From an uncultured Candidatus Melainabacteria bacterium (lineage in GTDB: Bacteria; Cyanobacteriota; Vampirovibrionia; Gastranaerophilales; Gastranaerophilaceae), in the NCBI GenBank assembly GCA_934747335.1, contig CAKVGS010000005.1, forward strand, positions 8,050 to 72,049: a DNA stretch of 64,000 bases. The letters are read 5' to 3'. The notes under the pieces were generated by a model. It was not told the DNA's origin and ran no database searches. It saw nothing but the letters and a program-made list of their open reading frames with translations. Every line of letters starts with the position of its first letter. The first letter of the stretch is position 1. A program made the position numbers and the translations under genes. Of the stretch, positions 1 to 9,487 are shown one piece after another.

Positions 1-1
1 C

Positions 2-625
2 AATAATTCTATTGTTACTGTTGAAAAGTTTTATCCTTGCGGATTGGATACAACCAAAAATGCCATGCTTTTGATTGAATTGGACGGTTTTGAATCTTCT
101 ATGCAGACTCAGCAGGAAAGAGTTGAAATGGCTTTGAATAAAGCAGGTGCAAGCAAGATTGAAACTAAAATTTCTCAAGATGAGCAAGAAGCCGTTTGGA
201 CTGCAAGACGTGCAAGCTTTGCAGCTACAACAAAACTCGCGCCAGACGTTGTTTCTGACGATATAATCGTACCGCGTGATAAATTAGCACAAATGGTCGT
301 AGGTGCAAAGAAAATTTGTGATAAATATCATCTTCAAGTTTGTGTAGTAGGACATGTGGGTGATGGCAATATTCATCCGCAGGTGGCTTTAAATTTAGAA
401 AACGACGATGAATTCAAAAATTATATTAATGCTAAAACTGAAATGTATGAACTTGCAACTTCCTTGGGTGGAACAATTTCAGCAGAACATGGAGTTGGAA
501 TCGAAAAAATTTCTTATATAAAAAATACGGTGGATGAGAAAGCTCTTGATTATATGAAAAAAGTCAAAAAGCTTTTCGACCCGAATAACATATTAAATAC
601 GGGAAAAATTTTTAAATTGGATTAA
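2..625 (+). CDS. glcD: FAD-linked oxidase, C-terminal part (GlcD-like glycolate oxidase subunit); 5' end outside window
   Basis: Reading frame is open from base 2 upstream of the listed Met; C-terminal motifs SAEHGVGIEK and LFDPNNILNTGK are typical of the FAD-linked oxidase C-terminal domain. Confidence 0.7.
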   Translation, partial: NNSIVTVEKFYPCGLDTTKNAMLLIELDGFESSMQTQQERVEMALNKAGASKIETKISQDEQEAVWTARRASFAATTKLAPDVVSDDIIVPRDKLAQMVVGAKKICDKYHLQVCVVGHVGDGNIHPQVALNLENDDEFKNYINAKTEMYELATSLGGTISAEHGVGIEKISYIKNTVDEKALDYMKKVKKLFDPNNILNTGKIFKLD

Positions 626-640
626 GATAAAGGAGAGTGT

Positions 641-958
641 ATGGATATTATAGTGATTAATTGTACAGTACCTAACAAAAAAGTTGCAAAAGAAATTACT
701 AAAATTTTAATGAAACATAAACTGGCGGCTTGTGTAAGCATGGTTGACAAAGTTCAATCTGTATTTTCTTGGGATGGTGAAGTTTGTGAAGAAAAAGAAA
801 TCTTATTGATGATTAAAACCAGAAGAGCAAATTATGGTAAGATAAAATTGGTTATTGAAGATTTGCACCCTTATACCGTGCCTGAAATTATTGCTTTACC
901 GATTGTTGATTGTAGTGAAGATTATTTGAAATGGTTAGTGAAAGAAACAGAATCATAA
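641..958 (+). CDS. cutA: divalent-cation tolerance protein CutA
   Basis: 105-aa protein with the CutA1 pattern (KLAACV...S.F.W.GE...E..L.IKT...HPY.VPEI); strong RBS aaaggag upstream. Confidence 0.85.
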   Translation: MDIIVINCTVPNKKVAKEITKILMKHKLAACVSMVDKVQSVFSWDGEVCEEKEILLMIKTRRANYGKIKLVIEDLHPYTVPEIIALPIVDCSEDYLKWLVKETES

Positions 959-1707
959 GACTAAAAGAATATTTTGAGTCTTTAGGTATAGAAGTTAATA
1001 TAGGAAAAAATAAAGCCCGAGGTAACAAGGGCTTTTTTAGAGGTACAAATAACGGCGCTTATCGTATTGATATTTCTAAAAATATCAATGAAGAAGAAAC
1101 TTTGTCTGTTCTTTTGCATGAATTTGCTCATTTTGTGCATTTTAAATATGATAAAACCTTAAGTTCACTTAATTTTGCGTTTAATAATTTGACAGAATTA
1201 ATGAGCGAAGAGCTTGTAAATGTAACGGTTAAGAAAATTCCCAAAAATGAAGCTAAGGCATTATTTGACAAAAAGGATAAACTTTCTTCCGAAATTAAAG
1301 AAATGGCAAAACAAATTAAGCAAACCTATCCTGATTTTAAGTTATCAGCGCCGTATAAGAAATTTGAAAGACATTTTAGTCTGCCTCTAAGATATTTGTT
1401 AAAATATGACCGAATAAATTTTAACAACGCCATTTATTCGGTAGAAAATTTGGGTAAAGATTTTTACGAGCTTAGCGAAGAAGAAATTTTGTATGTAAAA
1501 ATTAAATCTAAACAAAGGATGATAGGTCGAATTAACGGCAGAATTTCCAAACTAAACCGTTATTATAATAATCCGACCGAACTTTTTGCAAGATTTATTG
1601 AGTTATTTTATTCTGACAGGAAATCAGCAGAACAAATTGCGCCAAATGTGTGCAAAAACTTAAATGATATAAGTGAGTTTAAATATTTGTCTAGTATATT
1701 GTTTTAA
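931..1707 (+). CDS. hypothetical protein with HExxH (HEFAH) motif, possible metallopeptidase fold
   Basis: Long ORF overlapping the cutA end by 28 nt; the LLHEFAHFVH motif is the only recognisable element. Confidence 0.5.
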   Translation: MVSERNRIIRLKEYFESLGIEVNIGKNKARGNKGFFRGTNNGAYRIDISKNINEEETLSVLLHEFAHFVHFKYDKTLSSLNFAFNNLTELMSEELVNVTVKKIPKNEAKALFDKKDKLSSEIKEMAKQIKQTYPDFKLSAPYKKFERHFSLPLRYLLKYDRINFNNAIYSVENLGKDFYELSEEEILYVKIKSKQRMIGRINGRISKLNRYYNNPTELFARFIELFYSDRKSAEQIAPNVCKNLNDISEFKYLSSILF

Positions 1708-1768
1708 TAAATTTTTACTTTATTTTTTCACGATTTTAATATATAATACTTTTGAAAGAGAGCTGTAA

Positions 1769-2548
1769 ATGATTACTAACTTAAATAGTAAAACATCAAG
1801 AAAAGATGATGCCAAGTTATTAACTTGGATTATTTGTGGCTTTTTATTCATTGCTTGGTTGTGTACTCCTCCTGGAAATAAGTTTTTGCAAGTATGTTTT
1901 TGGGGAAATAATACAAAACTTTTTATTGCAAAAGTAACGAATAATTCTGAAGCGACAGAATATATTTTTCATAGAAATAATGCTATTTATCTTGCAAAAA
2001 TGTATGAAAACAAGAAAAGAGCATTATTAGAAATGGATAAAGCAATCAATACTTTACCGTCCTATGTATCCGATAATGAGCTTAAGGCTTTATATAAAGA
2101 CAGAGCTAACATTAAACTAATGTCAGGCGATTATAAAGGCGCTTTAAACGACTTTTTGCATTCTGACGATATTCAATTCAATGACAATTTAAAAGTTGCG
2201 ATGTTGTTTAAAGAACAAGGTAATTATAGAGAAGCAATGTCATATTGTAATAGAATTTTGTCAGTGGATGGGACTGCTTATGCAGGATTTGCTTGTTTAG
2301 CAGACTTATATACTTCGTTAGGCAGATATGATGTAGCTGTAAGAGTTTTGGATTTATTAATTGATAGAAAACCAAACATTCCTAGAGCTTATGCAGACAG
2401 AGCTATGATTAAGAAGAAAATGGGTGACAATGTCGGCTATGAAGCTGATGTAGCAAAAGCCAAAGAATATTTACCAACAATTGATTTAGATGACTCTATT
2501 ACTTATGATGCTCTTCATCCCAAAATGCTAAATTTGAGTATTAGATAG
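1769..2548 (+). CDS. TPR-repeat protein with N-terminal membrane segment
   Basis: Hydrophobic N-terminus (LLTWIICGFLFIAWL) followed by TPR-like A/Y/L periodicity. Confidence 0.6.
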   Translation: MITNLNSKTSRKDDAKLLTWIICGFLFIAWLCTPPGNKFLQVCFWGNNTKLFIAKVTNNSEATEYIFHRNNAIYLAKMYENKKRALLEMDKAINTLPSYVSDNELKALYKDRANIKLMSGDYKGALNDFLHSDDIQFNDNLKVAMLFKEQGNYREAMSYCNRILSVDGTAYAGFACLADLYTSLGRYDVAVRVLDLLIDRKPNIPRAYADRAMIKKKMGDNVGYEADVAKAKEYLPTIDLDDSITYDALHPKMLNLSIR

Positions 2549-2628
2549 ATTTCTGAATCTTTATAATTAATTAATTTTCACCTAAAGTTTTTTTAGTTAT
2601 AATAGTAATTGTAACTAATTGACTTGAG

Positions 2629-4266
2629 GTGAAATATTATAAAATGAAATACTCCGAATATTCCGTTGTAATAGTAGGAAGCGGCGCAGCAGGTTTATAT
2701 TCTGCTTTGAAAATATCCCAACAAATAAATTTGCCTGACGGCATACTACTTTTGACAAAATCTACTCTAGGCGAAAGTAATTCAAAATACGCTCAAGGCG
2801 GCATCGTTGGTGTTATTCACCAAAACCCTGAAGATAACGTACAATCACATGTCCAAGATACATTAAAAGCAGGTGCCGGTTTAAGTGAGGAAAAAACCGT
2901 TGAATATATTTCAGAAGCATCTGATGAAGTAATTAATGATTTAATTGCCAACGGTGTTAAATTCGACAAGAATTCTGACGGCAAACTAACTTTCACCCTA
3001 GAAGCAGCTCACAGCATAAGAAGAATTCTTCATTCAGGTGGCGATGCAACAGGTAAAGGTATTACGGACGCTTTAGTGCAAGATGTAATTAATGACAGTA
3101 ATATTACAGTTATGGAAAACACTATGGCTGTCGAACTTCTTGTAGATTCCGATAAAGAATGTAAAGGTATAATTGTTTATAATGAATTGACAGGCGAACA
3201 TGAAATTGTTTACACTTCAGCACTTGTTCTTGCAACAGGCGGTGTCGGACAGGTTTATAAATTCACTACAAACCCTGATGGTGCAACGGGTGACGGCGTA
3301 GATATCGCATATAACGCGGGTGCAATTATTCAAGATATGGAATTCATTCAATTCCACCCGACCGCTTTAGCTCTTAGCCCTACAAGCAAAGACAGATTTC
3401 TGATTTCAGAAGCTGTTAGAGGCGAGGGCGCTAAACTTATAAATAAAGAAGGTAAAGAATTCATGTCACACTATCACGACAAGCGTGAACTTGCGCCACG
3501 TGACATTGTGACTCGTGCTATTTATTCGGAAATGGCAAAAGAACATTCGTTCAATGTGTTCTTAAACGCTTCTATGATTGACCATACAAAACTATTTAAA
3601 CGTTTCCCAACTATTTCAAAACGCTGTGATGAAAAAGGCATTGATATTTCACACAATCCTATTCCTGTTGCACCGGCTGCCCACTACACAATGGGCGGAA
3701 TTAAAGCAACAGTAGAAGGTAGAACATCTTTAAAAGGTTTGTATGCAATCGGAGAAGTGGCTTCAACTGGCTTACACGGTGCAAACAGACTTGCTAGCAA
3801 TTCTCTTTTAGAATGCGTTGTTTGTGCTTACGAACTTGCGGATTACTTGTCTTTTGCAAACTTAAGTACACCAAAGAAAATTGATGATTCTATACGTGAA
3901 ACAATCGAAACATATTCAGCACCGCTAAGTGAATCTGATTTTGATATCCCGACATTAAAACAAAATTTGAAAAACTTGATGTGGAACAAAGTCGGTATTG
4001 TAAGAAACGAAAAAGATTTATTAGTAGCAAAATCTGAAATTGATAGAATGAAATCTGAATTTAAACGTACAAGAAAATGCTTAAATCAAGATGAATACGA
4101 ATACAGAAATATGCTTACGGTAGCCGGTTTAATCGTAGAAGGTGCTATTTCAAGAAAAGAATCAAGAGGCGCACATTCAAGAGCCGACTATAAGCAAACT
4201 GACAGTGTTGCTAAACACTCAAATATTATGAAAAGTGAAGAAAGAGAGTTAGTTTATGTTAAATAA
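2629..4266 (+). CDS. nadB: L-aspartate oxidase
   Basis: FAD fold VVIVGSGAAGL, HSGGDATG, C-terminal ESRGAHSRADY; 11-nt overlap with nadC. The listed start is GTG; an ATG at 2644 is an alternative start. Confidence 0.9.
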   Translation: MKYYKMKYSEYSVVIVGSGAAGLYSALKISQQINLPDGILLLTKSTLGESNSKYAQGGIVGVIHQNPEDNVQSHVQDTLKAGAGLSEEKTVEYISEASDEVINDLIANGVKFDKNSDGKLTFTLEAAHSIRRILHSGGDATGKGITDALVQDVINDSNITVMENTMAVELLVDSDKECKGIIVYNELTGEHEIVYTSALVLATGGVGQVYKFTTNPDGATGDGVDIAYNAGAIIQDMEFIQFHPTALALSPTSKDRFLISEAVRGEGAKLINKEGKEFMSHYHDKRELAPRDIVTRAIYSEMAKEHSFNVFLNASMIDHTKLFKRFPTISKRCDEKGIDISHNPIPVAPAAHYTMGGIKATVEGRTSLKGLYAIGEVASTGLHGANRLASNSLLECVVCAYELADYLSFANLSTPKKIDDSIRETIETYSAPLSESDFDIPTLKQNLKNLMWNKVGIVRNEKDLLVAKSEIDRMKSEFKRTRKCLNQDEYEYRNMLTVAGLIVEGAISRKESRGAHSRADYKQTDSVAKHSNIMKSEERELVYVK

Positions 4267-5086
4267 TTTTTTTATAGAAGATCACGTTAAAAACGCTTTG
4301 CAAGAAGATATCGGATTTGGTGATATTACTACCGATTATCTTACAAACGAAGAAGATAGAATGTCTTGTGTACTTAATACAAGAGTTGATGGTATTTTCT
4401 GTGGAAAGAACGTATTTGAGATGGTATTCAAAGTTCTTTCACCTTCTATTAATATTAAATTCTATTTCAACGATGGTGACAAAATCAAAAAAGGCGATAA
4501 AATTGCTGACATAGAAGGCCCTGCGAGATATATATTAATGGGCGAAAGAACAGCTTTAAACTATGCTCAAAGAATGAGCGGTATTGCAACTGAAACAAAC
4601 AAATACCAAAACGCTGTGGGTGAATTTAAGGCAAGAATTGTTGATACAAGAAAAACTACACCGGGATTTAGAGCATTTGAAAAATATTCTGTAAAAACAG
4701 GTGGTGGAAGTTTACACCGCTTTAATCTTTCAGACTGCGCTATGATTAAGGATAACCATATTAAATATGCAGGTTCTTTAACAAAGGCTGTTGAAAAATT
4801 ACGTCAACATATTTCTCATGCTCATAAAATTGAGGTTGAATGCGATACAGTAGAACAAGTTAAAGAAGCTGTTAATTGCGGCGCAGACATCATTATGCTT
4901 GATAATATGTCACTAGATACAATGAGAGAATGCGTAAAACTTATTAATGGCAAAGCTATTGTTGAAGCAAGCGGAAATGTTAATTTGAACACTGTTCATG
5001 ATATTGCTTCAACAGGCGTTGATATTATTTCTTCAAGTGCAATTGTAGCAAAAGCACCTACATTGGACTTAGGTTTAGATATGTAG
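4256..5086 (+). CDS. nadC: nicotinate-nucleotide diphosphorylase (quinolinate phosphoribosyltransferase)
   Basis: QPRTase motifs (DTRKTTPGFR, MIKDNH, IMLDNM); operon partner of nadB. Confidence 0.9.
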   Translation: MLNNFFIEDHVKNALQEDIGFGDITTDYLTNEEDRMSCVLNTRVDGIFCGKNVFEMVFKVLSPSINIKFYFNDGDKIKKGDKIADIEGPARYILMGERTALNYAQRMSGIATETNKYQNAVGEFKARIVDTRKTTPGFRAFEKYSVKTGGGSLHRFNLSDCAMIKDNHIKYAGSLTKAVEKLRQHISHAHKIEVECDTVEQVKEAVNCGADIIMLDNMSLDTMRECVKLINGKAIVEASGNVNLNTVHDIASTGVDIISSSAIVAKAPTLDLGLDM

Positions 5087-5110
5087 AAATTTCTAGTTTT
5101 AATCTTAATT

Positions 5111-5455
5111 ATGTTACCAAAAGAAAACCGTTTAAAGAAAAAAAGTGCATTTAATGCAACATATAAAACAGGTAAAACCATATATAAAGATGGTATTACG
5201 TTGTTTTGCGGTAAGAATAAAACAGGAGATTATCCGACCAAAATAGGTTTTGTAGTTAGCAAAAAAATTCATAAGCGTGCGGTTAAAAGAAATCGTATAA
5301 AAAGGCTTATGAGAGAAAGCATGCGTCTTATTATTAAAGATAATGCTCTTGATACAAATTGCATGTCTTTGGTTTTTGTTGCATCTGCTAAACTATTAAA
5401 TAAAAATTTCGCAGAAATAGACAATGCAATTAAAAAACTGGTGGCAAAATTATGA
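5111..5455 (+). CDS. rnpA: ribonuclease P protein component
   Basis: Basic 114-aa protein with KRAVKRNRIKRLMRE (RNR motif). Confidence 0.85.
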   Translation: MLPKENRLKKKSAFNATYKTGKTIYKDGITLFCGKNKTGDYPTKIGFVVSKKIHKRAVKRNRIKRLMRESMRLIIKDNALDTNCMSLVFVASAKLLNKNFAEIDNAIKKLVAKL

Positions 5456-6009
5456 TTGATGGGATTCTAACTCCTGCTCTTCGTGATATCGATTATTTGG
5501 CTCCTGCTGCACCTTATCCCGTAATACCATCAGGAATTACGGTGCATCAAAACACGATATACCGCTATGCAATTCCAACGGATGAACAGCCTACGCTTAC
5601 AATTTTAAACTATATTCCGGATTATAACGGGAATTTTATAAAGCCCGGACATTACGAACTGGCTTTGTCGGATGATAGAGAATTCTTATATCTGATTGAA
5701 TCAAAAGACCTTATTGCCGTAATTCCTGTATTTAAATTGGCAGAGAATGAAAAAGAGCTTAAAAAATATTACGAAAAGAATAAAGAATTAACAAAGCATG
5801 AGAAGGCAGAGCTAAAACGCAAAAAACGAAAAGAAAAATTTCAAAATATAATAAATGCCAAATACGCTAAAACAGGTGCAACTCCACCAAAAGAATATGA
5901 ACACATGGAAGCAACAATTGAATATGTTCAAAATGGCGGATATTATCTGATTATGTATGAAAAAGGATTTTTGCGCGCTTGGGGCGCAATAAAGGTTAGA
6001 AAAGATTAG
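5452..6009 (+). CDS. hypothetical protein (K/E-rich central segment)
   Basis: ORF with 4-nt overlap to rnpA; no recognisable motif. Confidence 0.5.
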   Translation: MIDGILTPALRDIDYLAPAAPYPVIPSGITVHQNTIYRYAIPTDEQPTLTILNYIPDYNGNFIKPGHYELALSDDREFLYLIESKDLIAVIPVFKLAENEKELKKYYEKNKELTKHEKAELKRKKRKEKFQNIINAKYAKTGATPPKEYEHMEATIEYVQNGGYYLIMYEKGFLRAWGAIKVRKD

Positions 6010-6010
6010 T

Positions 6011-7249
6011 TTATATAATTTTTTTCAAATACTTGGCTAAACCTTCGCCCATAGAAAAACAAGATGGTATGATTCTAAGTGCACCTTGCGCCTCAAAATC
6101 AATTGATATACAACGTCCAACTACAAAAAGATTGTTTTTTACTATAAGAGATTCTATTGGCAACTGATACTCTTGATAAACTCTTTCAAGTTTTGATGCG
6201 TCTTTTTTGTTGGAATGAATATCAATAGGATAATTTGATATTACAACAGGATGTTCAAACTTTTTGCCGCTTTTCAAATCTTCTTTCGTGTAAACATATT
6301 TCCCTTTAACACGGTTCGAAACACGCACCCCGAGTGAATTTGCAATGTTTGAAATATAAGCGTTTTCAAAGCCTTTCAGATATTTTTTACAAAAGTTTGA
6401 TAATCTCAATATACTTGCACGTCCATCTATATAAGGATTTTGAGGATTTAATAGCCTAGGGCAGTTGAAAGCAATGGAATCTGACGTTCCTGCTACCGAA
6501 AATAGCTGAAAATAGTTGGAATCCGCCTCAGTAATAACTCCATCCTCAATAGCCTGCTTAAACAAAGGCTTTAAAGCCCAATTTCTACCGCTATCCCAAG
6601 TATACGCTGTTGATAAATAGATTTTACCGTCTACAACACAGCTTGTTGTAACATCTCTATCTTTATCAAATTTCATAATCCAATTAGAAAATTTTTCTAC
6701 ATCAATTCCTGACATAATAAATCTTAAATTTATCGGTTGAGATTTTTTTTCTAAAAATTCACAATTTAATTTTTCACAAATTTTTGCATCGCCTGTCGCA
6801 TCTACTAGATATTTCGTATCGATAGGGTGTGATAACGTATCTTCAAAAAGAAGATTATTATTACCATTTATCGCAACGATATATGATGATAATTTTTCTT
6901 CTATTTTTTCTATATAAGATTCAAATCGAATTTCTACATGTGCTTCCTGCATCATTTCATCTAGCACAATTTTTGTAAGCTCAGGATTAAACCATCCTTT
7001 ATTGCCGTCAGAATATGTTATTGCTCCACCATTTATGTGTAATTTATTATATAAAGCATCGAAAAAGTCAGTATTTATTGCATTTTCAGAAGTTTTCATC
7101 GCAGGAACTACAAGTGAAGATGTAATTGAGCCGCCTAAAAAAGAATTCTTTTCAATTAATAAGACCTTTAGTCCCAATTTGCCTGCAATATAGGCACAAG
7201 CACATCCTGCTGTTCCGCCTCCAACAATCGTTATATCATACTTATTCAT
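6011..7249 (-). CDS. FAD-dependent oxidoreductase (FAD_oxidored-type)
   Basis: N-terminal dinucleotide fold YDITIVGGGTAGCACAYIAGKLGLKVLLIEK...LGG; 8-nt overlap with the upstream MnmC-type methyltransferase gene. Confidence 0.75.
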   Translation of the reverse strand: MNKYDITIVGGGTAGCACAYIAGKLGLKVLLIEKNSFLGGSITSSLVVPAMKTSENAINTDFFDALYNKLHINGGAITYSDGNKGWFNPELTKIVLDEMMQEAHVEIRFESYIEKIEEKLSSYIVAINGNNNLLFEDTLSHPIDTKYLVDATGDAKICEKLNCEFLEKKSQPINLRFIMSGIDVEKFSNWIMKFDKDRDVTTSCVVDGKIYLSTAYTWDSGRNWALKPLFKQAIEDGVITEADSNYFQLFSVAGTSDSIAFNCPRLLNPQNPYIDGRASILRLSNFCKKYLKGFENAYISNIANSLGVRVSNRVKGKYVYTKEDLKSGKKFEHPVVISNYPIDIHSNKKDASKLERVYQEYQLPIESLIVKNNLFVVGRCISIDFEAQGALRIIPSCFSMGEGLAKYLKKII

Positions 7250-8615
7250 TCTCTGAACCTCTCAATTTAATATATTTAGACGAACTCATCAGCGTACTGT
7301 GCCTATATTCGTATTCTCTAAGCTCTAAAATATCTTTGCTGTCAAAAGATAAATTCGGGTCATGATAAGGAATTCCTGCCTTAGTTAAACATAAACCCAA
7401 TTCATAATTATTTAAAGGATATTTAATTCTTGATTTATCTTTGGATGCAATTGTACCTATAAACTTTTTGTTTTTCTCATTATAAATCTTTCCAACAAAG
7501 AAATTATTTTCTAAAAGTGTGTTTCTAACTTGTACCGAATTAGAATATGTCATAAGCACGCCATTCGGAGCAAGTCTTTTGTATAACTCTGCCACAAATT
7601 CCATTGACCAAAGTTGTGGGGCTTTTGTGTATGTAAATGCGTCTAAAAATATGCAGTCATATTGCTCGTTTAATTCTAAAATAGTCTTTCGAGCATCATT
7701 TATCCAAAAATTCAACGTAATAAGGCTCTCAATAGCCTTAAAATCTATTTTTTTATTTCGTTTCGATAAATGGTCATAATATATATTATGTAAGAAGGCC
7801 GATAGAATAGTATTAGATGACTTATTATACCCCCATTTTTGATTAAACTTGGCATATTTAATAAGAGATTTTTCAAAAAATCGCTTATTTTTATTTTCTC
7901 GAAGAATTTCTTTCAGATTTTTGTCGGGATAATTAGAACCGAATTTTTCCGCAAGTGAATTTAAAATTATATAATTAACAATCGGATTAACTTTGTACTC
8001 TTTTTCTATATGCATATTTCTAAATTTTATATCCAAGAGCTCATTAATTTCTTTTCGGTTCTTAGGTAAAAAATAAGACATTAAATCAGAAAACAAATCT
8101 TTGAGTTTATAATAAGAATCAAAGCAATCTAAAAACTGTGGAACAAAATCCGTATAAATTTCATCAGGAGTTTTTATTGTTTTAAACAGAGGGGATAATT
8201 CTACAATTTCTTTATTAATTTCTAAGCAGTCGATTTTCAAAGTTTGATTTTTATTATCATATATCGACTCGTTATGTATTAATAATTCATTACCTTTTTT
8301 ATAGATATTTTTATTGGCATGTTTCGATACGATATTATGTATTTGTGAAAAAGTTTTTTGTAAAAAATTTTTTTTATAAATTTTATTTTTATTTATAAAA
8401 AAACTCATCAAAGCTTTTGAATTATATCCTATTCCATAACAAACATCGAGAACTTTTATTTCCGAATTATTATTTTTATCCAAACCTGATGGCAGAATAA
8501 ATTTCTCCCAAGCTTCAGTTAAAGCACCAAACTTTGAATGATATACATCCTTATCCGCAAAGGAATATAGCCCAATTGAGCCATCTTCCGTATAATATGG
8601 TTCATAATCCCTCAT
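7242..8615 (-). CDS. MnmC(m)/DUF752-type SAM-dependent tRNA methyltransferase domain protein with a large N/K-rich insertion
   Basis: N-terminus YYTEDGSIGLYS...YHSKFGALTEAWEKF, motif I VLDVCYGIGYN, distal DCIFLDAFTYTKAPQLWS...GVLMTYS as in the MnmC methyltransferase domain; about 240 aa of low-complexity sequence between them. Confidence 0.7.
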   Translation of the reverse strand: MRDYEPYYTEDGSIGLYSFADKDVYHSKFGALTEAWEKFILPSGLDKNNNSEIKVLDVCYGIGYNSKALMSFFINKNKIYKKNFLQKTFSQIHNIVSKHANKNIYKKGNELLIHNESIYDNKNQTLKIDCLEINKEIVELSPLFKTIKTPDEIYTDFVPQFLDCFDSYYKLKDLFSDLMSYFLPKNRKEINELLDIKFRNMHIEKEYKVNPIVNYIILNSLAEKFGSNYPDKNLKEILRENKNKRFFEKSLIKYAKFNQKWGYNKSSNTILSAFLHNIYYDHLSKRNKKIDFKAIESLITLNFWINDARKTILELNEQYDCIFLDAFTYTKAPQLWSMEFVAELYKRLAPNGVLMTYSNSVQVRNTLLENNFFVGKIYNEKNKKFIGTIASKDKSRIKYPLNNYELGLCLTKAGIPYHDPNLSFDSKDILELREYEYRHSTLMSSSKYIKLRGSENE

Positions 8616-8767
8616 AGACTGTATTATAGCGTAAAATCAAGTATTTTGCCAATGTTAAGGATTTTTTGACTTTTTACTTAACAAAAGTATATAATAATAT
8701 AAAGTTATATTTAATCCGATTTATAGACAATGGAACACACAAAAGATTATATTGTGAGGATGGTTGT

Positions 8768-9436
8768 ATGAAAAAATTATTTACCTTAATAATACTGGCG
8801 GGGTTATCAATCGCACCAACACTGGCAAAGAGCTATGAGCCGGTGCCTTCTAACGTAAAATTGCCTGCTAAATACACTCAGGAATATATTAACAGCATTT
8901 CAGACGAATATAAAAATGTTTCTAATGAACAAATTTTCCATGTTGCATTAGACATGCTTAAAGACACATCAGGCGAATTTTCAAGAAAAGCGTTATTAGG
9001 CTACAATGTAACCCAAATGCCCGTTAAGGTCATGTTTAAAGATCTTTCGGAAATCAATGAAGCTTATGCATCTTTTGATGCAGTAGGATGGAAGAAAAAA
9101 GGGCGTTTGTATGTTTACATAAACCCTAAACACGAATATGCACCACCGGGGGCGCTTGCAGCTCTTTTAGCCCATGAAGCATTGCATCAAGATGAATATA
9201 ACTCCTTGAGTGAAGAAACTTATGCTTGGACTATGGAAGCAATAGTTTGGACTGAAATTCTAAAACGTTATCCTGAGTCTAACAACTTAGAATCAGCACT
9301 CGTAACCAGAGAGAATGTTCTAAAACAATTGCTAGAAAAGGGAAATCATACTAATAAATACATTAAGAAAACAGTTTTTGCAAATGAAGGTTACAAAAAC
9401 TTGCCGTTAACTTCTCCAGGATTTAATAATCAATAA
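8768..9436 (+). CDS. secreted hypothetical protein with HExxH (HEALH) motif
   Basis: Start moved to the internal ATG giving signal peptide MKKLFTLIILAGLSIAPTLA, preceded by gaggatgg; AHEALHQDE motif. Confidence 0.6.
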   Translation: MKKLFTLIILAGLSIAPTLAKSYEPVPSNVKLPAKYTQEYINSISDEYKNVSNEQIFHVALDMLKDTSGEFSRKALLGYNVTQMPVKVMFKDLSEINEAYASFDAVGWKKKGRLYVYINPKHEYAPPGALAALLAHEALHQDEYNSLSEETYAWTMEAIVWTEILKRYPESNNLESALVTRENVLKQLLEKGNHTNKYIKKTVFANEGYKNLPLTSPGFNNQ

Positions 9437-9487
9437 AATAATTTCTCCTTTTATTTATGATAAAATAAAACAAAAGGGAGAGGTTGT

